DNA of 56,143 nucleotides. It comes from a virus (taxonomy: Duplodnaviria; Caudoviricetes). Shown one piece after another: positions 8,801-17,881 of the stretch. The DNA lies in IMG/VR virus record IMGVR_UViG_3300019766_000013, positions 1-56,143 of that record. One strand, given 5' to 3'. The notes under the pieces were generated by a model. That model did no database searches and was not told where the DNA came from. It saw only the letters and a list, made by a program, of their open reading frames with translations. The stretch's first letter is position 1, and every line of letters begins with the position of its first letter. A program made the position numbers and the translations under genes.

Positions 8801-11800
8801 TGTTATCTTACAAGATCCTACAATGCTTGAAGTAAAAGAAGAAGAAGAGATCATAAAAGAAGAACCTACTACTAATGAACAATTATTTGAGGTTGCTGAT
8901 AATTTACATAACGAGTATACCCAAGAAGAAGAAAACTCTCCTTATAATCTATTAACTCCATGGCAACAAGAATTTCTAGGAACTAAGATTAACCAAGAAA
9001 GTTTTGAACGATTTAGTGATCCTAACTATATTACTAAAACATTAGCTAGTTCATGGTTCACTAGAAAAGGTGAAGGAACAACTAATAATAATATAGATGT
9101 TATCGCTCAGGAACTTTCTGAGATTTTAGGTATTGATGTTTCGGAACAGGAAATAGTAGACTTTATTGTTAATTATCCTACTAATTCAGTAAGGAAGACT
9201 ACGGATAGAATGAGAGAAATCCAAAGTGAATATAGAGATATTACAGGAAGGGCTATTAAAAATCATAATACATTAAGTGATGCTTTAGGATTAGAAGCAC
9301 CTATTACTGAATATGCTGAAGATACTCCTTTTGGCAAAATAGAAGAAGAAGTTCCATTTAGAGCAGAACCGGAAGGTGTTAATGTTTCAGATAAGGCTAG
9401 AGAAGATCTTGCTACAAAGACAAGAATAGAGCCTACATTAAACGAACTACAGGATAAATTTGGTATTCCTATAGAAATAATCCACTCTAGTGAAATGCCA
9501 GAACACGTTAAACGTGCTGCTAAGGGAAAAGAGATTACTGCAACTGGATTCTATGATCCATCAACAGGTGTTGCCTATATTCTTTCAGATAAAGTTAAAC
9601 GTATTGCTGACCTTAAAAAGACTTTCATGCATGAAGCTGTCCTTCATAAAGGATTAGATGTATTATTTAATACTGGTCCTGTTAATATACTTGGTAAATC
9701 ATTTGAAACTAAGAATGATTTATTAGAAGAGGTATTTAATAGGATGGATACTGAGACTATTGCAGATAGAGCTAAGTATTACGGTAAAGCTTTCTTTGAT
9801 CAATACTTTGATGTGAAAGATGGCAAATATATCTTAAAAGAAGGTGCAGACCTTAACGCTCTTCCTGCTAAAACTAAATTAGAACTAGCTGAGGAAGCAT
9901 TAGCAACACTAAACGAAATTGAATCTCCTAGACTACAGGTAATGCTTGATAAGCTTTATAACTACATTAAAAAGCTAATGGGATTCACTTCTAAGCAGTT
10001 TACTAAAGCTGACCTTAGAAACTTATTAAGAGAACATAGAGATTTAGTTATTAAGCAAAAGGAAGAACTAGATGTTAAGCCAGAAGTTATTGAAGAGGAC
10101 AAAGTAAGATTCAGAACAGAAGAAGAAATGTCTGTATTGAAAGATAACAATAAATCAACATGGCCGAAAATTCCAACAGACAATGTATTTACTAATAAAA
10201 AGGGAAAGATACCTTTTAAAGAATCAATGGTTTATGATGAACTTATTGAATCAGAACAAGGAACAATTCAAAATGTATTGATAGATGACATTATTCCTAC
10301 GCAAAATAATCTTAATGCATATAATATAGAAGAGGTTAAAGATATAGACTTAAAACCTGAGCTATCATTATACAATGGTAAGTATTATGTCGTTGATGGC
10401 CATCATCGTATTGCAAATGCTATTATAGATGGAGAAAACAATATTAATGCTATTGTTTATAGTCCTGACATTCGTTTCCGTGTCGCAGAATCTCCAGAGG
10501 AAATAAAAGACTTTATTAAGGATTCAGCTATAAAAGAAACAGTTTATCATGGTACTAATCAAAACATTAAAGAATTTAAACTTGATCAGATTGGACAAGA
10601 TGTTAAAGGATTAACTTCAAAGAGTGGATTTTGGTTTACCAACTCTATCGATGAAGCTCAACAATACGCAGACTATTCAGCAGAAAGAATGGTCCCTGAC
10701 AGCATAGAACATGAAAAGAAAGTTAATGAACTTCTTGAAAGAATAAGTCAAGCAGAAAGAAAAAGAGATTATGATTTAGTCGATAAATTAACGGCAGAGG
10801 TTGAAGATTTAGAATTTGGAGCTATGCAAGCTGAACCGTCAGGACAAAATATTGTTAATACATTTATTAATATTAAAAACCCTCTAGTTGTAGATGCTAG
10901 TAAAAAAGGTTTTGACCAAGTAGAGGTGATTAATGAAGCTAAAAAGAATAATAATGATGGTGTTATATTTAAGAATATCTCTGATTCTCCTAAGGGTGAT
11001 TTGACAACAGACCAATATTTAGTATTTAATCCAGAACAAGTTTTAATTAAAGGTGAGGCACCTAAATTTCGAGTAGCAGAATCTTCCCAAGAGCTAGAAG
11101 ACTTTGTTAAGGATAGCAAGGTTAAGGAGACTGTGTATCATGGAACTGATCAAGAGTTTGAAGAATTTGACCCTACTAAAATAGGAACAGCTACAGATAA
11201 AGGAATGCTAGGCAAAGGATTTTATTTTTCTAAAAATAAAAAGACTGCTGAAAGTTATGGAGATATAATTAAGACAGCTCGTCTTAATATTAAAAATCCA
11301 TTATTAATTGATACTTTTAAAAGTAAAAAAGAATTAGCTGAGCATTTAGGAATAGATGAAAGCACGCTAACTGTAGGCGGTACTGGTATAAAATCATTAC
11401 AACCTTATACTGGCGTTTTTTCAGATGCAGTAAAAAGTAAGGGTTATGATGGAGTTGTAACAAAATTTGAAATAGTTGCATTTAGTCCAGACCAAATCCT
11501 TATAGAACCTAAAGAAGAAGACGTTAGGTTTAGAACTATGCATGAAAAAGACAGAAAGATCTATCAAGATATTACTGATAAAATAACTTCTAAACTTGAA
11601 AAAGCAGGCCACCGTATTTATAAAATTAGTCGTTCTACTACTGATTTCGGGAATAGTTGGTATATTAAACTTGATGATAATTTATACAATCCTCTTCAAG
11701 TAAGAATATCAAATCACGGTGTAGGAGACCGTAGGTTTATTAATGACAGAACTATTTCTTATATAAATAATAGAATATCTGATGAAAACCTTAATGATGA

Positions 11801-14800
11801 AATTGATTATATTATCAATGAACTTAACGTATATCAAAAGAATACAAAAAAAGAACAGGAGGACGCTAAGAGAAGGAAAAAGGAACATGATAAGTATTGG
11901 AATACTGCAATTAAAATAAAAAATAATCTTATTGAAGAAAATAAGATTATTGGTAATCTTCCTCGGACCTCTATGACTATTGAAGAAGTAACAGAAAAGC
12001 ATCCTGAATGGACTAATGTTATGCAAAAAGAAGAAAAAAGAGGGTCTTTAGGAAAGGCATTCTCATATTACTATATAAGACCAGAGGAAAAAGGCGAGCG
12101 TGCAAAAAATGTATCTAGAACACCTAGTGCTGACTACGTTAATTATTTATTAGATAAACAAGAGGATGATGTTAAGTTTAAAGCTATTAAAGAAAATATA
12201 GAAAAATGCCAAGTGTGTGATAAAATGAGAACGACTCCAGAAGGTGAAGCATTTTGGCAAGAAATGATGAAAACTAAGGTTCCTATATCCGAAGAAGAAT
12301 TTCTTGAAAATTCTGATGTCTCAGATATTTTAGATGAAGATGAAACATGGGAGGAATATTTAGAAACACAAATAGCCCAGGACGAAGTTGATTTTTATAA
12401 ATCAGCAAACGGAGCATATTTTTTCCAGACAGCAGGATTTGAATTTATATGGAAAACCAAAGATAGTGATCCTTCATTTTCTACTAATATGAAAGATGAA
12501 GAAATAATTAGATTCAAAGTAGAAGAAGAACGAGACAAAGTAGAAACTAATCCTTCTGAAGCACAGAAAGAAGCAGGAAACTATTCTATGGGGCACGTTA
12601 AGCTTGATGGCTTTGATATATCAATAGAGAATCCAAGAGGTTCTATTCGTTCTGGTGTTTCTCCAGAAGGTAAGAGATGGTCTAATATTATGCCTGCTGA
12701 TTACGGTTACTTTAAAGGAACAGTAGGAAACGACAAGGATCATATCGATGTATTTATGGGTGATAACTTAGATTCTGATAAGGTTTTTGTTGTGGATCAA
12801 GTAGATCCAGAAACATATGAATTTGATGAACACAAAGTAATGATGGGGTATAATTCTATCTCTAAAGCACGTAACGCTTATAATGAAGCTTATGACGAAG
12901 GATGGGAAGGGTTAGGGGCTATTAGTAGAACTACTAAAGATGGATTGAAAGAATGGTTTAAAGGTGATACTAAGAAACCATTTGCACCAGATAAAGTTAA
13001 ATTCAGAGCTACCTCAGAGGATCCTGCAGTTCAAAAGATGCTTGATAGATTACAAGCCGTTCAGAAGCTAAGTAAAGCTACTGAACGGATTAAAGGAATG
13101 GAAGCAGAGAAAAAAATGACACCTAGCAAGCTTTCACGTAAGTTTGCACAAGATAAGATTGATCTACTTAAAGAAGGTATTCAGCTAGGTAGAGAAGAAG
13201 CTAAGGAAACAATAACCGAAGTACAAAAGGCTATTACTGACTATGCAAAGAAAACTCTTCCATTAACTGAAGCAGGAGCAAGAGAGATAGGTCCTGTACT
13301 TACTTTAGTTAAGAATGCACAAACACCAAACGCTATAATTAAAGCATTTGAACGTATTGATGAACTAGCAGGTGTTACTACTGAAAGAACTGAACGCAGA
13401 AAGAATGTTGCTAAAGTGAATCGATTACTTAAGTGGATGACAGGACTTAAAAAGTCAGGACAAAAACGAGTAGGTAAATTTGCCTATGAGGATACTAAAG
13501 CATTCCAAAACCTTAAGGACATAGATAAGAATACAACTCAATTTATTAAGACTATCAATTCTCGCAAGGCAACTGCTGATGAAAAAGCAGAAGCTACTAC
13601 TCAGTTAGACAAGTTATGGAATGAACTTAATGAAAAGGCTGATAAGAACGACTTAGATAACGCTGCAATGAAACTAATAGAGTTAAGAAGATTAGGCTCT
13701 AAGGCAAGCCCTAAGTTAGCTCAAATAGTAAGTGAGGAACTAGAAGCTATCTACACTAAGGCTAAAGAAGCAAAGAATGAGATTGATATGCTTAAAGGAA
13801 TGCAAAGAAAGGCTGATAAGAACTTAGTTCGTTCATTCTTGGAAGACAGTAAAGCTCTTAAGAAACAGCCATGGTATAAACGTGCAATGACTCAAATTAA
13901 TACAGGTGTTGCAGATGTCATGGGTAACTGGGAAACTCTTATGATTATGATAGGAGGAACAGAACTTAGAGATAAAATGTCATTCATGCTTGATGAAGCA
14001 AATATGACAGTAGGAAAACAGGAAACAACTGATAACATTCTTAACTCTGCAAAGGATATCTACGGTGTTAAGTCAAAGAATGGCACTCTTAATAAGATAC
14101 ATGAACTATCTGCTAAAGATTATGAGTTAAGACGACCTAACAGAAAAGGAGAAGCTGGTGCAGGAGAACCAATGTCATTATCTAAACTTCATTTAATGGA
14201 TATTTATAACGCTCTTAAGAATGAAGATGTAGAGAATGACTACTACATGGCTTATGGTGATATCTCACTTAATGATGATGGTTCACGTAACACAGAACTA
14301 CAGAAAGCAGATGGTAAAGCAACTATAACTAAGTTACTTGAAAATCTATCTGATGAAGATAAGGCTTTTGCAGATGCTATGCAGGCAGAACTTGATAAGT
14401 ACTACGATAGACTTAATGAAGTTCATATCAAACTTTACAATAGAGATTTACCACGAGTAGAGAACTATTGGCCATCAACTGCAGAGAGAGAACAGGACAT
14501 TGATGTTATGGAGCAATTCTTCATTGATTCAAGACATCCAAGTGCTACAAAAGAACGTTCTGCTCATAGAACTCCACTACCACAAGATGCTTTTAATAAA
14601 TTTACTAAGCATATTGATGAAGCTGAATGGTATGTTAATATGGCTTTACCTGTCATGGAAGCTAATAAACTGTTTAAGGATAATAACATCAAAACTCTTA
14701 TAGGTGATGTAAGAGGTGAAAAATTCTACAAACATGTAGAAGAATCATTGCAAAATGTTACTTTAACACCTCCTGGCAAGGCACAACAAAAAAGCAAACT

Positions 14801-16136
14801 GACTGCAATGTTAAACCCATTGCTTAACAACTGGGTTGCTAGTAAGATTGGTGCAACTCCTTCAGTTCCATTAAAACAGTTACTATCAGCAGTGAACTAC
14901 GCTGAGAATATGCCAATGGAACAATGGGTAACAGGATTCATTAAGGATCTTGCTAGTCCAAAGGACACATGGGATGAGATGATGAAGATTCCTTATCTTA
15001 AGGCTCGTCTAGGTGATGGATACTCAGAAGCAGTACAGAGAGCATTAAATGGAGATGAACACGTTCATAAATCTAAAGTAACCAATTACCATACTGCATT
15101 TAAGAATCTTATGACGATTGGTACTAGATATGGTGATATAGCAGCTATTATATTTGGAGGTAAGCCTTACTTAGATTATCTTCTTAAGACAGGATTAAAT
15201 GAAAAGGATGCAGTAGATAAGTTCTTACAGGACACTTTACGCTCTCAACAAGCTCCTTTTGCATCTACTCTATCTAAGTTACAGAATAGCAGAAATCCTT
15301 TCTTTAGAGCAGTATTTGCTTTCTCTAACACTCCTTCACAATATATGAGGAAGTTATTTGAAGCTAACCAGAATCTAAGAGTTCAAAAGAAACAATTAAA
15401 TGCAGGAAAGATAACTCAGGAAGAATACAACAAAGCTAGAAAGCAGACTATTAAAGCTCATACTATCTACGCTCTTGTTAATACAGTTTCCTTTACAATG
15501 GTTGGTGCGTTAATCGGAGCATTCATGAAAGGTTCTGGAGTAGATGATGATATCTGGAAAGATATGCTTAACCAACTAGGACAAACATACACAGGTGGTT
15601 TACCAGTTATAAAAGACTTAATTGGAGGTATGACAAGAAGAACTCTAGGTATGCCTATCTACGATGATGCTAAGCCATTCGTTGAAGGACTTGACGAAGT
15701 AGTAACTGAAGGTATTAAGATTGCTAAAGGAGAGTCTAAAGATGAAGCTAAGTCTTATGAGAAGATAGGACAAGGTGTTGCTACTATGCTTGCTATTCCT
15801 TACTATAACATTAAGAAGGATATTGAAGCTATTCCTCCTTTCAGAGAAGAAACATTTAAAGCTACTAGAGAAAAGGAAGTAGAAAGAAAGTTAAACGATA
15901 TTAAGAAAGGTAGTAATATACAGAAAGCCAATGCTGCTACTTCTATAAAGAAAGCCTACAGTAAAGCTAAAAAGCTTTCTAAGAAGCTTAAAGAAGAAGG
16001 ACAAGTTATCAAGTCCAAGAGAATAGATAGAGCAATAGAACTATCTAAAAGAAATCTTTGGAAGTCTAACTTCAATGTAAGCGACATAGATAGTGAATTG
16101 AAAATGTTTGATAAGAGAATAGATAGAGTTAAATAA
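5865..16136 (+). CDS. Large polyvalent protein (zincin-like MPTase, ParB-like, two ART-PolyVal, polyvalent inorganic pyrophosphatase-like, helical C-terminus)
   Basis: 3423 aa; GFYDP...MHEAVLHKGL; IIPTQ...VVDGHHR; two VYHGT...GF[WY]F...NIKNPL...DGV units; PSEAQKEAGNY...IENPRGS...DHIDVF...FDEHKVM. Confidence 0.85.
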   Translation: MAKKQNKKSLMEDMKALKKEDRVQQQQQQPTGIKSFLQDALKRTGNTYSEEKANKLLSKFNHNYDAVIDFAGNKAGIKDKDKFREGVYDRYKITKPSDEFMAEIDFIKKPISADQEAGYDKYQQLQDDLTLAQSMATRLQPKEKPLPIMEEKTVARDVTRMEQPQLTDEFLSPEALQEREDEAHMQTRMFNIGKKVDEINKAIAEQGELNKKKFGFVSKEHEGVRKQFDKYSSILQKAIDEGEEKRLTAQQEATGLQAQAGTAYQRAMPSMPYLKADREKIDNLRGIKDLYGKMGKILSSPHGKDFGSQMSGLLHGFSDNFFTRDFATLGLNEMSRLMSVKDAFEAQKKLEEEGKTQEEIAELMPEEQKALLDTYELFLNIQAGNKGNFGSVIGEGLKEMIPFIAQFAATGGVGTGVKKMVKEFVENKTKSAVAGRLAGAVAKPLAQAAAMIPAELQNYAQRVAPTMDEGGKLIEGAEPLNAAFKAYLTTIAEVAGEDVGVFVNKWANKAARKNFMKLIASNPTKAQEFLGKISLALTRETNFPGIQGFVFEGLGEEATGIMQASIDQDGSFFTPEAQAQLWGMSFMASGTFATLSAPSRIATRRNYNKAQDLLNDIPNEEYSKAIEDVAMNYQEPLEAIEALDAVSKEFKISQEDYYKARNFIGNSVRYNQMNTARAIQVEQQIAQSKGSDGNVTLTRYNGEPYSIRNPQDLGKEGRVIFLKSSDGSKVIPVISSKVTEWESKTPEQITDEQVSGQDAQDETLEQEQQIQEEAAQKGLIEGNTVETPLGKRTLVSINPDGSAIVEDTKGEQATVNSHEIEAYKTQEQKDAEKLKQETDMPLMEGIEEGTEIVSDEPLTEDSDIRVVDFANGQSKIITPEGEQVFNSQEERDIAIQELVSSELEATEENIDEMPPEQAFSLMLKDDPDIAKEIFSEEISDVRKQAEEARAQVKETTSRKQKQDLLLKAKQLEAEAERLDVILQDPTMLEVKEEEEIIKEEPTTNEQLFEVADNLHNEYTQEEENSPYNLLTPWQQEFLGTKINQESFERFSDPNYITKTLASSWFTRKGEGTTNNNIDVIAQELSEILGIDVSEQEIVDFIVNYPTNSVRKTTDRMREIQSEYRDITGRAIKNHNTLSDALGLEAPITEYAEDTPFGKIEEEVPFRAEPEGVNVSDKAREDLATKTRIEPTLNELQDKFGIPIEIIHSSEMPEHVKRAAKGKEITATGFYDPSTGVAYILSDKVKRIADLKKTFMHEAVLHKGLDVLFNTGPVNILGKSFETKNDLLEEVFNRMDTETIADRAKYYGKAFFDQYFDVKDGKYILKEGADLNALPAKTKLELAEEALATLNEIESPRLQVMLDKLYNYIKKLMGFTSKQFTKADLRNLLREHRDLVIKQKEELDVKPEVIEEDKVRFRTEEEMSVLKDNNKSTWPKIPTDNVFTNKKGKIPFKESMVYDELIESEQGTIQNVLIDDIIPTQNNLNAYNIEEVKDIDLKPELSLYNGKYYVVDGHHRIANAIIDGENNINAIVYSPDIRFRVAESPEEIKDFIKDSAIKETVYHGTNQNIKEFKLDQIGQDVKGLTSKSGFWFTNSIDEAQQYADYSAERMVPDSIEHEKKVNELLERISQAERKRDYDLVDKLTAEVEDLEFGAMQAEPSGQNIVNTFINIKNPLVVDASKKGFDQVEVINEAKKNNNDGVIFKNISDSPKGDLTTDQYLVFNPEQVLIKGEAPKFRVAESSQELEDFVKDSKVKETVYHGTDQEFEEFDPTKIGTATDKGMLGKGFYFSKNKKTAESYGDIIKTARLNIKNPLLIDTFKSKKELAEHLGIDESTLTVGGTGIKSLQPYTGVFSDAVKSKGYDGVVTKFEIVAFSPDQILIEPKEEDVRFRTMHEKDRKIYQDITDKITSKLEKAGHRIYKISRSTTDFGNSWYIKLDDNLYNPLQVRISNHGVGDRRFINDRTISYINNRISDENLNDEIDYIINELNVYQKNTKKEQEDAKRRKKEHDKYWNTAIKIKNNLIEENKIIGNLPRTSMTIEEVTEKHPEWTNVMQKEEKRGSLGKAFSYYYIRPEEKGERAKNVSRTPSADYVNYLLDKQEDDVKFKAIKENIEKCQVCDKMRTTPEGEAFWQEMMKTKVPISEEEFLENSDVSDILDEDETWEEYLETQIAQDEVDFYKSANGAYFFQTAGFEFIWKTKDSDPSFSTNMKDEEIIRFKVEEERDKVETNPSEAQKEAGNYSMGHVKLDGFDISIENPRGSIRSGVSPEGKRWSNIMPADYGYFKGTVGNDKDHIDVFMGDNLDSDKVFVVDQVDPETYEFDEHKVMMGYNSISKARNAYNEAYDEGWEGLGAISRTTKDGLKEWFKGDTKKPFAPDKVKFRATSEDPAVQKMLDRLQAVQKLSKATERIKGMEAEKKMTPSKLSRKFAQDKIDLLKEGIQLGREEAKETITEVQKAITDYAKKTLPLTEAGAREIGPVLTLVKNAQTPNAIIKAFERIDELAGVTTERTERRKNVAKVNRLLKWMTGLKKSGQKRVGKFAYEDTKAFQNLKDIDKNTTQFIKTINSRKATADEKAEATTQLDKLWNELNEKADKNDLDNAAMKLIELRRLGSKASPKLAQIVSEELEAIYTKAKEAKNEIDMLKGMQRKADKNLVRSFLEDSKALKKQPWYKRAMTQINTGVADVMGNWETLMIMIGGTELRDKMSFMLDEANMTVGKQETTDNILNSAKDIYGVKSKNGTLNKIHELSAKDYELRRPNRKGEAGAGEPMSLSKLHLMDIYNALKNEDVENDYYMAYGDISLNDDGSRNTELQKADGKATITKLLENLSDEDKAFADAMQAELDKYYDRLNEVHIKLYNRDLPRVENYWPSTAEREQDIDVMEQFFIDSRHPSATKERSAHRTPLPQDAFNKFTKHIDEAEWYVNMALPVMEANKLFKDNNIKTLIGDVRGEKFYKHVEESLQNVTLTPPGKAQQKSKLTAMLNPLLNNWVASKIGATPSVPLKQLLSAVNYAENMPMEQWVTGFIKDLASPKDTWDEMMKIPYLKARLGDGYSEAVQRALNGDEHVHKSKVTNYHTAFKNLMTIGTRYGDIAAIIFGGKPYLDYLLKTGLNEKDAVDKFLQDTLRSQQAPFASTLSKLQNSRNPFFRAVFAFSNTPSQYMRKLFEANQNLRVQKKQLNAGKITQEEYNKARKQTIKAHTIYALVNTVSFTMVGALIGAFMKGSGVDDDIWKDMLNQLGQTYTGGLPVIKDLIGGMTRRTLGMPIYDDAKPFVEGLDEVVTEGIKIAKGESKDEAKSYEKIGQGVATMLAIPYYNIKKDIEAIPPFREETFKATREKEVERKLNDIKKGSNIQKANAATSIKKAYSKAKKLSKKLKEEGQVIKSKRIDRAIELSKRNLWKSNFNVSDIDSELKMFDKRIDRVK

Positions 16137-16142
16137 TTTTTA

Positions 16143-16150
16143 TATCTTTG
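16143..16150 (+). promoter_or_regulatory. Bacteroidota -7 promoter box upstream of dcm-HNH-terL
   Basis: TATCTTTG. Confidence 0.5.
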
Positions 16151-16242
16151 AGGTGCAGTCAGATACTTAGCGGTTCTGTTAAATGAGGTTTCACGTTCCT
16201 GCTGCACTTCTTCTAACAACGTGTATAAAAACGTAAAGTATC

Positions 16243-17277
16243 ATGAAACAAGAAATTATCGTATTAAGCTTATTTAATGGCATGAGTACAGGAACATTAG
16301 CCTTAACTCAGTTAGGTTATAATGTTACGTGTTATTCTTCTGAGTTGTTGAGTAATAAAGCTGCAATAAAAGTAACAGAAGCTAATTTCCCTAGCACGGT
16401 ACAACTTGGAGACATAACACAGTTAAACTACAAGGCCGGTAAACTCTATTCTGAAACAGGAGAATACGAATGTGGTGTGTTTGATGTGGTATTAAGTGGC
16501 TCACCTTGTACTGATTTGTCAATAGCTGGTAAAAGATCAGGGATAAATGGGAAGTGCAGTAGTTTGTTTTATGAGTTTATTAGATTGCTTAACGAGGTTA
16601 GAGTGGATAATCCTAACGTTTTATTTTTCCAAGAGAATGTTGCAAAGGGTGTTGATCCAAAAGATATACTCGCAATCAGTCAAGCGTTAGATATTCTACC
16701 GGTACGCATAGATAGTAAACTAGTAAGCGCACAATTAAGAGATCGTTATTATTGGACCAACATAAAAGTACGTACCGACTGGACGGGGCAAAGATTCACT
16801 GATATACCTCAACCAAAGGATAGAGGAATATTGTTAAAGGATATATTGACAGATGGCTTTGTGGATAGGAAAAAAGCTAGAGCAATATTAGAAAGTGATT
16901 CACGTCCTCTTTTAGATGAAAAATTAATGTATATAAGATATAAAGAAATGGGATTTAATAACATAGTTTATTGTGAAGAAAAATCGCAATGTTTAATGCA
17001 ATCAGAGGCTAAAACGTTTGGATATAAAGACATGGATAAGCTAAAGGGGATGCTTACTAGGAAGATATCAAAAAACAAGAACGCACAGATTCCAGAGTTA
17101 GTTTTAAACAACGATAATTACAACATCAGAATAATAAACAAAACAGAACTAACCAGGCTGCAAACATTTCCAGATGATTATTGCGATTGTTTAACTCGTA
17201 ATCAAGCTGCATCGGTGTTAGGTAATGGTTGGACGTTAGAGGTAGTTAAACATATTTTCTCATTCATGGAATTATAG
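16243..17277 (+). CDS. dcm: C5-cytosine DNA methyltransferase
   Basis: Motif I LSLFNG, catalytic GSPC, ENV, QLRDR, C-terminal LGNGW. Confidence 0.92.
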   Translation: MKQEIIVLSLFNGMSTGTLALTQLGYNVTCYSSELLSNKAAIKVTEANFPSTVQLGDITQLNYKAGKLYSETGEYECGVFDVVLSGSPCTDLSIAGKRSGINGKCSSLFYEFIRLLNEVRVDNPNVLFFQENVAKGVDPKDILAISQALDILPVRIDSKLVSAQLRDRYYWTNIKVRTDWTGQRFTDIPQPKDRGILLKDILTDGFVDRKKARAILESDSRPLLDEKLMYIRYKEMGFNNIVYCEEKSQCLMQSEAKTFGYKDMDKLKGMLTRKISKNKNAQIPELVLNNDNYNIRIINKTELTRLQTFPDDYCDCLTRNQAASVLGNGWTLEVVKHIFSFMEL

Positions 17278-17290
17278 TTATCTTTGATAT

Positions 17291-17881
17291 ATGAGTGAAC
17301 AAGAAGAAATATGGAAAGACATTAAAGGCTTTGAAGAGAGATATCAAGTCAGCAACTTAGGAAGAGTTAAAAGTCTTCGTAGGAAATGTATGACCACTAA
17401 CAATGGTTACAAGATAGTTCCTGAGCGTATACTTTCTTTATCTACTACACATAACGGATATAAGTTTGTTTCTTTAAGAATTGGACGAAATAGTAAATCT
17501 GTGAGAATCAACAGAGCAGTAGCTATAGCTTTTATTCCTAACCCAGACAATAAACCAGAGGTTAATCATATTGATGGAAATAAAACTAATAATCACTTGA
17601 GTAATTTAGAATGGTCTACTAAAAGCGAGAATTGTCGCCATGCTTATAAAACAGGATTACATAAAGGTGCATGGAAGGGAAAGTTTGGCAAGGATAATAA
17701 AGCAAGTTTAAAAGTAAAACAAATAGATATTAAATCAGGAGATGTAATAAAAACTTTTGATTCTATAAATATGGCTTCCGATGCAACTAATATTGATAGG
17801 ACCTGTATTTCTCGTGTCTGTAGAGGAAGTAGAGGATCAAAGTCTGCAGGAGGTTATAAATGGGAATTAGTTAATGAGTAA
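17291..17881 (+). CDS. NUMOD4-HNH endonuclease with C-terminal NUMOD1-like domain
   Basis: EIWKDIKGFEERYQVSNLGRVKS; VNHIDGNKTNNHLSNLEW; FDSINMAS...ISRVC...AGGYKW. Confidence 0.92.
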   Translation: MSEQEEIWKDIKGFEERYQVSNLGRVKSLRRKCMTTNNGYKIVPERILSLSTTHNGYKFVSLRIGRNSKSVRINRAVAIAFIPNPDNKPEVNHIDGNKTNNHLSNLEWSTKSENCRHAYKTGLHKGAWKGKFGKDNKASLKVKQIDIKSGDVIKTFDSINMASDATNIDRTCISRVCRGSRGSKSAGGYKWELVNE

